A DNA stretch of 64,000 nucleotides from Candidatus Saccharimonadales bacterium (GCA_035758565.1 DASTXL010000002.1:211118-275117), one strand, 5' to 3'. Positions 9,774 through 18,458 are shown, numbered from the stretch's first letter. The notes: generated from the sequence alone by a model not told the origin. Program-made: numbers and translations.

Positions 9774-10280
9774 TTAAGGATCGAGTTGAGCGCAAAGGAT
9801 CTGTTTGCCTAAGGCATCGACGCAAGTCGAAACCGTGGTACCGCTTGTTCCAATATTAACGCCGGTTCCGGTGCCTGACGGTGAGCTGCTGGTTACGGGC
9901 GCTTGAGGAGTGGTTGCCTCGCCGCCGCCCAGACCGCCAACCGTGGGCAGGGAGGCATTCAAATCTGATGACGGTAAGTTTGAGCCCAAGCTATTAATGC
10001 TCATTGTGGGCGCAGCCGCAGTAGGTGCCGGCGGGGTAGACGAACTCGAATTACTAGCCGAAGGTTTTGATTCAGACTTGTTTTGGGAATTGAGTGATGT
10101 GCTCAAGTTTTTTGGTTTGGCCTGGATGTAAGGGTTTTGCCCGGCACCATACCTACTGCTAAACGAGAAAATTGCGATCACCAAAAACAACAAGGCGAGC
10201 AAAGGCAGGCTTATGGTGGTGCCGCGGAATAATCGGGCCTTCATTTGTTTATCCACCCCGTGACTAGCGGTATAAATCAT
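9774..10280 (-). CDS. Membrane-anchored Ser/Pro/Thr-rich protein (hypothetical), paralog of 12366-13289
   Basis: RBS AAGGAGG. N-terminus MIYTASHGVDKQ followed by a TM helix, then a low-complexity S/P/T tail. Confidence 0.6.
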   Translation of the reverse strand: MIYTASHGVDKQMKARLFRGTTISLPLLALLFLVIAIFSFSSRYGAGQNPYIQAKPKNLSTSLNSQNKSESKPSASNSSSSTPPAPTAAAPTMSINSLGSNLPSSDLNASLPTVGGLGGGEATTPQAPVTSSSPSGTGTGVNIGTSGTTVSTCVDALGKQILCAQLDP

Positions 10281-10368
10281 AGACTGCCTCCTTTATAAAG
10301 CAGTTTTATTCTTAGTTTAAGGTTAACCAAAACCCGTAAATCGGGCAGTGAATTATCTAACGGGCGGC

Positions 10369-10452
10369 TTACCAAAAGTCCTTACTGTCTTCGCTTAGAA
10401 TCTTGCGAATTTCGCGGCGCTCGCGTCGGTGCTCAATAAGTTCTCTAATCAT
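10369..10452 (-). CDS. Possible 27-aa micro-ORF
   Basis: GGAGGAGCC then ATG. MIRELIEHRRERREIRKILSEDSKDFW. Supported only by the strong RBS. Confidence 0.3.
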   Translation of the reverse strand: MIRELIEHRRERREIRKILSEDSKDFW

Positions 10453-10531
10453 GGCTCCTCCTAGCTGACTTACATCATAGTTGAGGGCTGATAAACTTTC
10501 TGCGAACTATATCACCTCATATCGCTCATGC

Positions 10532-10560
10532 TTGCTAGCGGAGTGAATTAATAACATAAT
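10532..10560 (+). promoter_or_regulatory. Sigma70-type promoter for the Gam-like gene
   Basis: TTGCTA (10532-10537), 17-nt spacer, CATAAT (10555-10560). Confidence 0.5.
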
Positions 10561-10611
10561 TTGTCTACTAGATTCTATCTTCGCACTTCGACTCGATTGG
10601 AGGAATCCCGC

Positions 10612-11160
10612 ATGGCAACCCGCCTGAGAATGGCCAAGACCGTTGGCGAGCTGGACGCCTATGCGCGCCAGCGCGATGAGCAGGTCCGCAAGGAAGCCGA
10701 GAACGACGCGCTCTATGCGCCGTTGATCGCGGAGTTCGAGCGGGCGCTCGAGAAGGTCAAGCGCCGGTACAGCCGGGCCACCGGCCGGATTGAGGCCAAG
10801 ATCAAGCGGCTCGATTCGGCCATGTTGCGCTCAGCCAGGAAGCTGAGAAGGCAGCTGATCCCGGGCACGACCAAGACGGCCAAGCTTCCCTCGGGTGGCG
10901 AGATCAGCTTCCGCAGCCAGCCGGACAAGCCGGTGGTTCAGGACGAGAAGGCCGCGATCGCCTGGCTCGCACAGGCCGGCCCCGAGATCGCCGGCAAGTA
11001 CCTTCGGGTCGAGCCGGAGCTCAACCTCGAGGCACTCGGTCTCGAGGCCAACCGCCAGGAAGCCGAGGCGATCCCCGGCATCAACTTCGAGGAGCAGGAG
11101 GAACGGATCTATTACCTGCCGCCGAGCGGTGGTAAGAAGATCCAGTTGAAGGAGGACTAG
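10612..11160 (+). CDS. gam: Phage Mu Gam-like host-nuclease inhibitor (DNA-end-binding) protein, GC-rich foreign gene
   Basis: GGAGGA lies 7 nt before ATG 10612. ...TTKTAKLPSGGEISFRSQPDKPVV...YLRVEPELNLEAL...AEAIPGINFEEQEERIYYLP aligns by eye with Mu Gam (GGKVKTANLVTGDVSWRVRPPSVSI...FIRTKQEINKEAIL...VAGITVKSGIEDFSIIP). About 65% GC in the stretch I counted. Confidence 0.75.
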   Translation: MATRLRMAKTVGELDAYARQRDEQVRKEAENDALYAPLIAEFERALEKVKRRYSRATGRIEAKIKRLDSAMLRSARKLRRQLIPGTTKTAKLPSGGEISFRSQPDKPVVQDEKAAIAWLAQAGPEIAGKYLRVEPELNLEALGLEANRQEAEAIPGINFEEQEERIYYLPPSGGKKIQLKED

Positions 11161-11162
11161 CG

Positions 11163-11195
11163 GTTCCGGGCGGTGCTCAGCCGCCCGGAACTTTT
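11163..11195 (+). terminator. Rho-independent terminator of the Gam-like gene
   Basis: Perfect 11-bp stem GTTCCGGGCGG / CCGCCCGGAAC, 7-nt loop, TTTT. Confidence 0.8.
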
Positions 11196-11209
11196 GCACT
11201 TTAAGAACA

Positions 11210-11243
11210 ATCAAAAGAGCGGCTTTCGAATTAGCCGCTCTTT
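11210..11243 (-). terminator. Rho-independent terminator of the small minus-strand gene
   Basis: 10-bp stem AAAGAGCGGC / GCCGCTCTTT. T-run on the minus strand. Confidence 0.6.
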
Positions 11244-11269
11244 ACTTTTAGAGGAAGGTCGCTATCTAC

Positions 11270-11386
11270 TTAAGCCTCAATATCTTCTGCTAGCTTCAGT
11301 TTATCTTCTTTGCTGACGGCGTCTGGACTAATGCCTTGCTTTTCAATCATCTCGTCAACCTTTTTCATTGTGCTCTCGTCTGCCAT
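11270..11386 (-). CDS. Small acidic protein (38 aa), hypothetical
   Basis: GGGAGG lies 6 nt before ATG 11386. MADESTMKKVDEMIEKQGISPDAVSKEDKLKLAEDIEA. The track ORF is extended upstream without an RBS. Confidence 0.45.
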   Translation of the reverse strand: MADESTMKKVDEMIEKQGISPDAVSKEDKLKLAEDIEA

Positions 11387-11518
11387 GTTTGCCTCCCAAC
11401 GTTTACATTTATAACCATAACTAAAACTATCTAAGCTCACTATGAAATTTATTACGCTGCTTGATAATTGTGCGCGTCTAGGCATATAGTGAAAATAACC
11501 TTAAAGGAGGTTCGTAAA

Positions 11519-11677
11519 ATGGGACGACGAATTTTAGCGGCGGGACTTTTACTAGTAGTTATAAATTTCTTGTGGCTGGCGGACTCTACCAACCACGTCA
11601 AAATTGGCCTTATTTGGCTGGCAGTCGATGTGGCCTTGTGGCTGCCGGAACTCCGCGAGCTAAGCGCCCGGCTTTAG
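11519..11677 (+). CDS. Small membrane protein (52 aa), hypothetical
   Basis: AAGGAGG RBS before ATG 11519. MGRRILAAGLLLVVINFLWL..., two hydrophobic helices. Confidence 0.45.
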   Translation: MGRRILAAGLLLVVINFLWLADSTNHVKIGLIWLAVDVALWLPELRELSARL

Positions 11678-11680
11678 TTT

Positions 11681-12331
11681 TTAAGCCAGGTGGGCGTGAT
11701 CGTTATAAATCCATAGCCGCCAAGCATGATCTTGTTCGAATTCGGGTTCGTAACGCAGGGCGCTCAAAGCCGTGTTGTCCATGCTCGTCATGTTATGAAA
11801 ATGCCGAAGACTTGACCCATCTAGAATTTCTCCGAGCAAAACACGCGCCACTAAAGTTCGCAAAAAGAGCCCATGGGTGACTACTAAGATTCTTTGTTCC
11901 GGTCTTTGCTTTAGCAATTGCAATACCCTATCTGCGCGCTTGACTATATCGTCAAAGTTTTCGCCGTCTTCAACCCGCATGCCAGGCGTATACAGACTTT
12001 CCGTCCATTGCCGCCAGGTATCATTGGCTTTCTGATCGGTGTACGGCTTGCCATTGACGCTGGTTGGCTTAATTCGTTCTACGAATAGGTCAGAAAATTC
12101 AGGATTCTTGCCGGTAGCTCTTGCTATGGCTTCGGCAGTTTGTCGAGCGCGGGGGAGCGGGCTTGCTAGCATAGCTTCGAATTTCAGGTTTGCTGCCCGT
12201 GCCGCTATCTTTTTTGCTTGGGCTTGTCCAACGGCACTAAGGGGCGAATCCAGCCCCTGAAATACGGGCGCGACATTGTCTTCGCTTTGGCCGTGCCGTA
12301 CGAAGTAGACAACTTTTGTCTCTTTACTCAT
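11681..12331 (-). CDS. Histidine phosphatase family protein (phosphoglycerate-mutase-like)
   Basis: N-terminal VYFVRHGQSEDN (RHG motif) and later VVTHG. 216 aa. Confidence 0.85.
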   Translation of the reverse strand: MSKETKVVYFVRHGQSEDNVAPVFQGLDSPLSAVGQAQAKKIAARAANLKFEAMLASPLPRARQTAEAIARATGKNPEFSDLFVERIKPTSVNGKPYTDQKANDTWRQWTESLYTPGMRVEDGENFDDIVKRADRVLQLLKQRPEQRILVVTHGLFLRTLVARVLLGEILDGSSLRHFHNMTSMDNTALSALRYEPEFEQDHAWRLWIYNDHAHLA

Positions 12332-12365
12332 CCTATCTAGATGATACCAGCTTTAGGTGCTGAGA

Positions 12366-13289
12366 CTATAAGTTTAGTGCGCCACCGACATTAACAGTTT
12401 GGCCGCCAATCTGTGCGCTGGGGGCAGGCAAAGGTAGGCCTGTGTTCGGAGTCGAGGTGGCAGATGTTGTCGGGGTGCTGCCGTTACTGCTTGCTCCTGG
12501 ATTGCTAGCACTAAACGACGGCGGTATTACTTCGACCGATGGCGCAGTAACTTGGACAGTGGGCGTAGAAATTGTGCCTGATCCTACAGCCGCTACCGGC
12601 TGATTCCTGCCGGCGGTAGGGCTGAGATTCACCGACGGAGTGGTTATCTCGGCAACCGGAGTTTTGACGGCTGCTGAAGGTACGCTCGCGATTGGCGGAT
12701 TGGTGCTAGCGGAAACGGGCGGAACGGTCGTCGAACCCACAGGAGTATTTGCGGTGATTGCTGGAGTAGAAACGGTGGTTTCTGGAGGTAAGCTGGTGGT
12801 AACGAGCGGGGTAGAAGGAACTGACGGAAGACTGGTCTTTGGCACCGGTGCGGCAGTGGGCAGAGGACTTAGAATAGGCGCAGCGGGCGGTGGGGTTTTT
12901 GCTAGGTTGGCTGTCGAAGTTGATGAATCCGTCGGGGTACCGGTGCTAGGCTTTTGGGTTGAGAAACTTCCATTAGCCGAACCGCGTTCCGCTGTTTTGG
13001 CGGCCAGGACTGCAGGGCCTTTCTGATCAGAATTTTTATTATTTTTTGACGAAGAGCTGCCGTGGTTACCGGTTCCGGCACTAGATCCCAGCGTTAGGGT
13101 TGCGGCATTCGGAGCCGCTGCCATCGCTACGGCAATGTGCGGGTTACGTCCATTGGCGCTGTTGATACTAAATGTTAAAAGGGCTGCGGCCAGAACCGTG
13201 GCCGACAATACCGGCAAAGTTAGAGAGCCGTCTCGAATCGCTCGAGGACCTATTTGTTTGTCTACTCCTTTTTCTAATGTGTAAACCAT
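12366..13289 (-). CDS. Membrane-anchored Pro/Thr/Ser-rich protein (hypothetical), paralog of 9774-10280
   Basis: RBS AGGGGGA. MVYTLEKGVDKQ followed by a TM helix and a ~250-aa P/T/S/A low-complexity region. Confidence 0.6.
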   Translation of the reverse strand: MVYTLEKGVDKQIGPRAIRDGSLTLPVLSATVLAAALLTFSINSANGRNPHIAVAMAAAPNAATLTLGSSAGTGNHGSSSSKNNKNSDQKGPAVLAAKTAERGSANGSFSTQKPSTGTPTDSSTSTANLAKTPPPAAPILSPLPTAAPVPKTSLPSVPSTPLVTTSLPPETTVSTPAITANTPVGSTTVPPVSASTNPPIASVPSAAVKTPVAEITTPSVNLSPTAGRNQPVAAVGSGTISTPTVQVTAPSVEVIPPSFSASNPGASSNGSTPTTSATSTPNTGLPLPAPSAQIGGQTVNVGGALNL

Positions 13290-13497
13290 AATTCCCCCTA
13301 TAAAATTCGATGTCTAAAGCTAGATCATTGCTTAACAGTTACCAATGATAGGGGAGTTCGGCCAACAAGGCCGTCAGCCAAGTTACGACATGGCAGCTAA
13401 AATTTTACGCATAACTTTGTGGCATTTCGGACTAGTCAAATTAGATAGTGCGGGGTGTATAATTAAATCGTAATTTAAAAACAGAAAGGGGGTAATC

Positions 13498-13566
13498 TTG
13501 AGTAAAAGTCCTAAATCTTACAGGCAGGTTCAAGTAGCTATGTCGCGGGAGGTACGCGCCAGCTAG
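13498..13566 (+). other. Orphan micro-ORF (22 aa, TTG start) or small RNA
   Basis: TATAAT at 13458-13463. AAAGGGGG lies 5 nt before TTG. MSKSPKSYRQVQVAMSREVRAS. Followed by a plus-strand terminator, with no other plus-strand gene nearby. Confidence 0.3.
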
Positions 13567-13614
13567 TTCTACCCCACTTTAGGTAAGGCTTGCCAAAGTA
13601 GGCCAGAATACCTT

Positions 13615-13643
13615 AGCCGCCCCGGATCCCGAGGCGGCTTTTT
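13615..13643 (+). terminator. Rho-independent terminator (plus strand)
   Basis: AGCCGCC ... GGCGGCT stem followed by TTTTT. The T-run is present only on the plus strand. Confidence 0.55.
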
Positions 13644-13665
13644 GCTGGTTGTGGCTAGGTCTAAA

Positions 13666-14145
13666 CTAGCCGGCCAGGTATTTTTCTAACTTGTCGAACT
13701 GCTGAGCAAAGCCGTACTTCATGCCTTCGATGGCGGCGCCAGCCTTTGGCCCAACAGACTTAACGGTGACTTTTAGAGTCATTTTGGTTTTGCCGTTTTC
13801 TTCGTTGAAGCTGAGTTCTTGAATTTGGTCAATTAATGTAGCTTCTTTGTCGCCTTCGGTGTATGCCTTCGCAGCGTAAACCAGCTTAGAGTTGGGCTCA
13901 ACGACCGTAAACTTGGCCTCCATTGGCCAGCGGGTACCGGCGTATTCGCCCATGCTCTCGTCGGCTTCCATAACTATGTAAAACCGGCCGCCGACCTCAA
14001 GCTCTATTTCGCATTCAGGTATGGTCACATTGTTCGGCCCCCACCATTTTTTGAGTTCTTCCGGATTTGTCCAGGCCTGCCAGACCTTTTCAACCGGTGC
14101 GTCATAAGTCCGTTCAAACACTACTTCTTTTGCTGCTCCCATCAC
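13666..14145 (-). CDS. SRPBCC (AHSA1/START-like) domain protein
   Basis: VFERTYDAPVEKVWQAWTNPEELKKWWGP is typical of Aha1-like SRPBCC proteins. Confidence 0.8.
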   Translation of the reverse strand: MMGAAKEVVFERTYDAPVEKVWQAWTNPEELKKWWGPNNVTIPECEIELEVGGRFYIVMEADESMGEYAGTRWPMEAKFTVVEPNSKLVYAAKAYTEGDKEATLIDQIQELSFNEENGKTKMTLKVTVKSVGPKAGAAIEGMKYGFAQQFDKLEKYLAG

Positions 14146-14160
14146 GGCTCCTTTCTTAAA

Positions 14161-14619
14161 CTAATTTGTTGCTGCTTGCTCAAGTTCATTAATATCAAGC
14201 TTCTTCATCTTTAAGATAGCGGCCATAGCCTTCGGATTTTCAGAAAACTCGGCAATATTTTTTGGCACGATCTGCCAACTGACGCCGAATTTATCTTTGC
14301 ACCAGCCGCAAATTTCAGACTCGGGAACAGCCGACAACTTTTCCCAATAGTAATCAATTTCTTCCTGGTTTTCGCACGGCACCATAAATGATATTGATTC
14401 GTTGAACTTAAATTCAGGGCCGCCGTTTATAGCCGCAAAATCTTGGCCGTCAAGCTGAAAATAAACAGTCAGTACGCTGCCGATGGGTTTATGCGACGGA
14501 GAGTCATTGGTATATTTTGTTGTTTTTAAAATCTTAGAATTCTTAAAAACCGAAGTATAAAATTCAGCCGCTTCTTCGGCTTGGTCGTCGAACCATAAAG
14601 AGGGCGTTATTTTTGGCAT
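14161..14619 (-). CDS. VOC/PhnB-like (3-demethylubiquinone-9 3-methyltransferase domain) protein
   Basis: MPKITPSLWFDDQAEEAAEFYTSVFKNSKI... and DKFGVSWQIVP. Confidence 0.8.
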   Translation of the reverse strand: MPKITPSLWFDDQAEEAAEFYTSVFKNSKILKTTKYTNDSPSHKPIGSVLTVYFQLDGQDFAAINGGPEFKFNESISFMVPCENQEEIDYYWEKLSAVPESEICGWCKDKFGVSWQIVPKNIAEFSENPKAMAAILKMKKLDINELEQAATN

Positions 14620-14623
14620 AAGC

Positions 14624-14953
14624 TTATCCTTTCGCTTCTTTTAAATACTTATCGAGCGCGTCAAGCCGGTCTTCCCAAAGCTTGCGATACCACTCTAAAT
14701 AATCGTCGGCACTTTTTAGCGCGGAAGGTGATAGGGCAACAAATTGCTGCTTGCCGTGGCGGCGCTTAACAATCATTTTGGCTTTTTCTAAAACCTTTAG
14801 GTGCTTGGATATGGCGGCAAAAGACAGTTCATAATTACCGGCGACTTCGCCAACCGATAGTTCTTTTGTGGCCACGCGCCGTAAAATATCGCGCCGAGTT
14901 GGGTCAGCCAAGGCGCCAAAAACCGAGTCTAATTGAAATGTATATTCAACCAT
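14624..14953 (-). CDS. ArsR/SmtB family transcriptional regulator
   Basis: ALADPTRRDILRRVATKELSVGEVAGNYELSFAAISKHLKVLEKAKMI. Heads an ArsR-VOC-SRPBCC cluster. Confidence 0.85.
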   Translation of the reverse strand: MVEYTFQLDSVFGALADPTRRDILRRVATKELSVGEVAGNYELSFAAISKHLKVLEKAKMIVKRRHGKQQFVALSPSALKSADDYLEWYRKLWEDRLDALDKYLKEAKG

Positions 14954-15010
14954 ATGGTTGAATGATATATCAGGCCTGGTTCTTAGTCAAGGAAAGGATT
15001 AACAAATTTA

Positions 15011-15322
15011 TTATTTGGACTTAGATTGTTTAGAAAGGGCCCACTTTACCGACGGACTGATTGGCTTATCGGTGCGGTGGATGCAACCAATCCAGCAGCA
15101 TGGCCGGCGCATTCCGTCTTTGAGTTCGGAGACCACGCGCTTAACGTGCTCATCCCGGGTCTTCTGTTGCTTGACCGTTATTGTCCAGCAGATCCACTCG
15201 TTGCGGGCCAGCGGCGTGATATCTTCCCAGCGCTCCAGCGCCAGTGCGTCAGCTTCTAGGGCTTTGGCTAGATCAGATGGCAGAGCGTGTACTACACCAC
15301 CAGAAATTGTCTTGCTGCTCAT
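15011..15322 (-). CDS. YdeI/OmpD-associated (OmdA) family protein
   Basis: LPSDLAKALEADALALERWEDITPLARNEWICWTITVKQQKTRDEHVKRVVSELKDG. Confidence 0.65.
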   Translation of the reverse strand: MSSKTISGGVVHALPSDLAKALEADALALERWEDITPLARNEWICWTITVKQQKTRDEHVKRVVSELKDGMRRPCCWIGCIHRTDKPISPSVKWALSKQSKSK

Positions 15323-15333
15323 ATACTTCCTTT

Positions 15334-15747
15334 TTATTTCAAATGAAGATTTATGTCAAAGCGGTTTAAAAACTCGCGTACGTTTGGAAATAAATCTTCT
15401 TTGGCGGCCTCGTCGACGCTGAAGTAGCGCAGCTCAACGCACTCATCCGAAGGCGTAAAGTTGAGGTCTTTGAGCTTCACTTCGTAAATGACGTTGGCTA
15501 TATAAGAGTCGTGCTCTAGCCGGGGCGAGGTAATAAAGTATTTGGGCGACGGCGAAACATAGGTAACCACTAAGCCGGTTTCTTCGTGAACTTCACGCTT
15601 AAGGCCGACTATCGGATCCTCACCGTGGTCGAGCCCACCTCCCAATAGTTCCCATTTGCCGTTACTTTCTTTTGATAATAAAAAGCGGCCGGTTTCATCT
15701 AGGGGTAAAGCTTTTACGCTGACCCGGTAATAGCACTGCTCGTTCAT
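15334..15747 (-). CDS. NUDIX hydrolase
   Basis: Nudix box GGGLDHGEDPIVGLKREVHEETGL. Confidence 0.8.
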   Translation of the reverse strand: MNEQCYYRVSVKALPLDETGRFLLSKESNGKWELLGGGLDHGEDPIVGLKREVHEETGLVVTYVSPSPKYFITSPRLEHDSYIANVIYEVKLKDLNFTPSDECVELRYFSVDEAAKEDLFPNVREFLNRFDINLHLK

Positions 15748-15776
15748 CTAAAAAGTATAGCAGCATGGCGGGCGGG

Positions 15777-16328
15777 CTAACCGGTGTCGCCCACGCCCAA
15801 ATCTTTGAGCAGGATTATCAGCCGGTCCTTTTCTATATCAGCGCAATCAATCTCCTGTTCGTGGGCGATAATATATCCCTGTAGCAGTCTTTGCAGCAGC
15901 AAGGCATCGCCCCGCCACATAAAATTTACCGAGTAGGGGTTGGCCACAAAGTAACGCGAAGATATTCGCACCGATCCAAAAAACGGCCCGACGTTGGCTT
16001 CGACGCTCAAGATGTCTCGAATGGGTGTACTGGTAATTGTAGCTACCTTGAAGAAGGCGCGAGTGGCGATGGTTAGTTTTTCGCGGTCTAGGGTGATTGT
16101 ATCCGGGAACAAAGTAAAAGGAAAAACAGTGTTGGCCTTGAACAGAATATCGTGGGACTTTACCGCTACGCCAATCAATTTCCTGGGACTTGGTTGGCCT
16201 CGGGACTTATCTTTATCCGGTGTTTTTTGACGAATAAGTCCACGTCGCATTACGGCCCGCTTGATAGCTTCAAAAACATCAATTACGTCTTCAGGAGAGC
16301 CGCTGTCCAAGTTAGTCTTGCGTACCAT
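15777..16328 (-). CDS. Hypothetical protein
   Basis: 183-aa ORF. No confident motif (possibly a bacterial PH-like fold). Confidence 0.55.
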   Translation of the reverse strand: MVRKTNLDSGSPEDVIDVFEAIKRAVMRRGLIRQKTPDKDKSRGQPSPRKLIGVAVKSHDILFKANTVFPFTLFPDTITLDREKLTIATRAFFKVATITSTPIRDILSVEANVGPFFGSVRISSRYFVANPYSVNFMWRGDALLLQRLLQGYIIAHEQEIDCADIEKDRLIILLKDLGVGDTG

Positions 16329-16481
16329 TTTGACCTCCTGTGGTCTTGCTAAAAGTTTAGCTGGCTTGACTTGTTTGGGCAGTAAGTTTTACCACATCGC
16401 TTGCAGGTTCTAGGCTCATACAGGCAGATTTAGTTGACCCGCAGCTATCTCAGGCCTATATTCTTAAAACAGGGATTAAAA

Positions 16482-16646
16482 ATGGACAAAATCGTAACAC
16501 ATATAATTTTTGTACTAATAATGGCGGCCGTTATAATTGCCGTGGACATGGCGTTTTTTAGACACCACTTTTGGTACAGGCTAATGGTAAACGCCGGAAT
16601 CGCGCTGGTTGCCGTAGCTTTCTATCTGAGGTTTCTCAACCGATAA
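16482..16646 (+). CDS. Small membrane protein (54 aa), hypothetical
   Basis: MDKIVTHIIFVLIMAAVIIAVDMAFF..., two TM helices. Start moved to ATG 16482. Confidence 0.45.
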   Translation: MDKIVTHIIFVLIMAAVIIAVDMAFFRHHFWYRLMVNAGIALVAVAFYLRFLNR

Positions 16647-16746
16647 GACCACACAGCATTGGAATACTAAGTTATCCCTTAAGGCAACAGATCGCTTTTA
16701 CGGACTTTCTTTCTCTGGAAAGATTAATATATCTAGTCGGGGTTGG

Positions 16747-17478
16747 CTAACGACTTCCCAAGACGTTCTGAACTCTCCGGCGTTCATCTTCTTCGGTTGG
16801 CAGCCACGAATATCCCGCCATATCATTTTTTGCCATGGTATGGGCTGGTACGTAAGAAGGTTGCTCGCGTTTATTTTCATGCTCCAAGCGCTGCCGTTCG
16901 ATGTGTCTGGCGAATTTTTCGGCGCAGTGAAGGTTAACAAATCTAAAATCATAGTTTTTGACGGGTGTATGTAGTATCACGGTCGCAAATAGCGTGTGGA
17001 CATCGAACTCAACTCCGGAGATGACATCGTAGCTGACTTCGTCGAACAGTTCGACCATTGGTTTTTTATCCAAGTAGACAATCCTTTCTGACGTAGCGAT
17101 TAACATGGCCGAGTTGGGTCCGTGCTGGCCGTAAATTGCGGCTTCGATATGTTCGTTGTCGTGAAGTATTTTTGGCAGGTAACGGCTCTCGGACTTGAGC
17201 AGTCCGTAGGCTGTAACGCCGGCATCCAAAAGTTCGTGCCTGATCCTTGCTGCTTTTTGTTTGGGTGTTTCACGAAGTGGGTTGCGGTAGCGTAAAGGAC
17301 TCACGGACTGAAGGGCAGGTCTTTTTCTTGCCACGCTGTTGTTTATACGAAGGCTGACTTTGCCAAGCCGGTCTAACCCTTTATTTACAGCTTCGACTAT
17401 ATCGATGGACACCTCATCCGGCAAAAATATGATTTGTCTTGCTTGAGCGCTTGCCACTACATCTTCTCCCACTGCCAT
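16747..17478 (-). CDS. Hypothetical protein with bacterial PH-like central domain
   Basis: IEAAIYGQHGPNSAMLIATSERIVYLDKKPMVELFDEVSYDVISGVEF resembles YokE-type PH domains. Confidence 0.5.
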   Translation of the reverse strand: MAVGEDVVASAQARQIIFLPDEVSIDIVEAVNKGLDRLGKVSLRINNSVARKRPALQSVSPLRYRNPLRETPKQKAARIRHELLDAGVTAYGLLKSESRYLPKILHDNEHIEAAIYGQHGPNSAMLIATSERIVYLDKKPMVELFDEVSYDVISGVEFDVHTLFATVILHTPVKNYDFRFVNLHCAEKFARHIERQRLEHENKREQPSYVPAHTMAKNDMAGYSWLPTEEDERRRVQNVLGSR

Positions 17479-17526
17479 TATGGGAATCGCAGACGTTGCT
17501 ATCTATGTCTTAAATCACGTACGCTT

Positions 17527-18177
17527 TTACAAATCTTTGCCTAGAAATTCCTCTAGTTTCTCCAAATTGGGAATTTGAAGCTCTTGCCGGTTTTTGATAA
17601 TCAGCTCCCTTTTGCCTAAATTGCTTAGACTTCGGCTAACAGTTTCTCTGGTGAGGCCAGCTCGGTTGGCTAGCTCTCTTTCATTTAGCTTTAAAACAAT
17701 TCTGCCATCAGCCTCAATTTGACCAAAGCGCCTTGCTTGATTAATAAGTTCATAGAGCAACCGTGTATTGGCGGTGCCGCCCATGAGGTGCGCCATTCTC
17801 CGCAGGACTCCATCGACGCCGGAGTAAACGCGCGCTAGCAAATCAAGCATTACGTCCGGATTAGATTTTAAAAATTTTAGGACATCGTCTGGTGGGGCTA
17901 ATTTGACGGAAGCATCGGTAGCGGCCTCAAAAAAGTAATCGTTTTCTGTTTTATCTATTGCCCAGCTCATTGGGAAGAAGGCGGGAGGCTTAAATATGTT
18001 CACAATAACTTTTTCACCAGCCGGCGAAATATCATATTGCTCTATTTGGCCTTCGAGAAGATGGATGATTTTTGTGGGACTGTCATAAGCCTGAATGATC
18101 ACTTCGCCCTTCTTGTAGTCGGCGGAAGGGTAGCTAGAAAAAAACTGTTCGATCTTGTTTTGCGTGTCTGCCTCCAT
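17527..18177 (-). CDS. Crp/Fnr family transcriptional regulator
   Basis: N-terminal cNMP-binding-like barrel plus C-terminal HTH ELANRAGLTRETVSRSLSNLGKRELI. Confidence 0.85.
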   Translation of the reverse strand: MEADTQNKIEQFFSSYPSADYKKGEVIIQAYDSPTKIIHLLEGQIEQYDISPAGEKVIVNIFKPPAFFPMSWAIDKTENDYFFEAATDASVKLAPPDDVLKFLKSNPDVMLDLLARVYSGVDGVLRRMAHLMGGTANTRLLYELINQARRFGQIEADGRIVLKLNERELANRAGLTRETVSRSLSNLGKRELIIKNRQELQIPNLEKLEEFLGKDL

Positions 18178-18458
18178 AATTACGACTATATGCCAGCGTC
18201 GATATTAATCAAGTGCCACCTGCGTGCACAAACCCCACGCTCTATAAGAGCACTACCAATTCAGAAATTTAGAAGCTAGTTCTGGTCTGTAGACAATTGC
18301 CACAGGAAAATTGAGCTGGGATTGATAAGCATTTAAAAATATTCTTCTGGCTCCCGCTAGTGGACGCACTTCGGAACTTTGAATTCCTAGCAGACTATGA
18401 CCCTATTGCACTTCCTTAACTCTTATGGTTAATTATGGATGTAACCTAAAAAACAAAA

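Noticed and set aside
10713-11214. Track ORFs 10713-10928(-), 10831-11214(-) and 10895-11149(+) overlapping the Gam-like gene.
   Set aside because: These are typical spurious open frames in GC-rich DNA, with Arg/Pro/Ser/Leu-rich products and no RBS. The Gam frame has the family match and the RBS.
12640-13026. 128-aa plus-strand ORF opposite the Pro/Thr-rich gene.
   Set aside because: It is the antisense frame of a low-complexity region (a Gly/Val/Thr-rich mirror product) and has no start context.
18348-18363. TGGCTCCCGCTAGTGG, matching the 16-bp tRNA-Asn att-like core at 12 of 16 positions, at the left edge of the toxin islet. It could be a degenerate distal att site.
   Set aside because: By rough estimate, several 12/16 matches are expected by chance in 128 kb of two-strand sequence. 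This is not significant on its own and is kept only as a hint.
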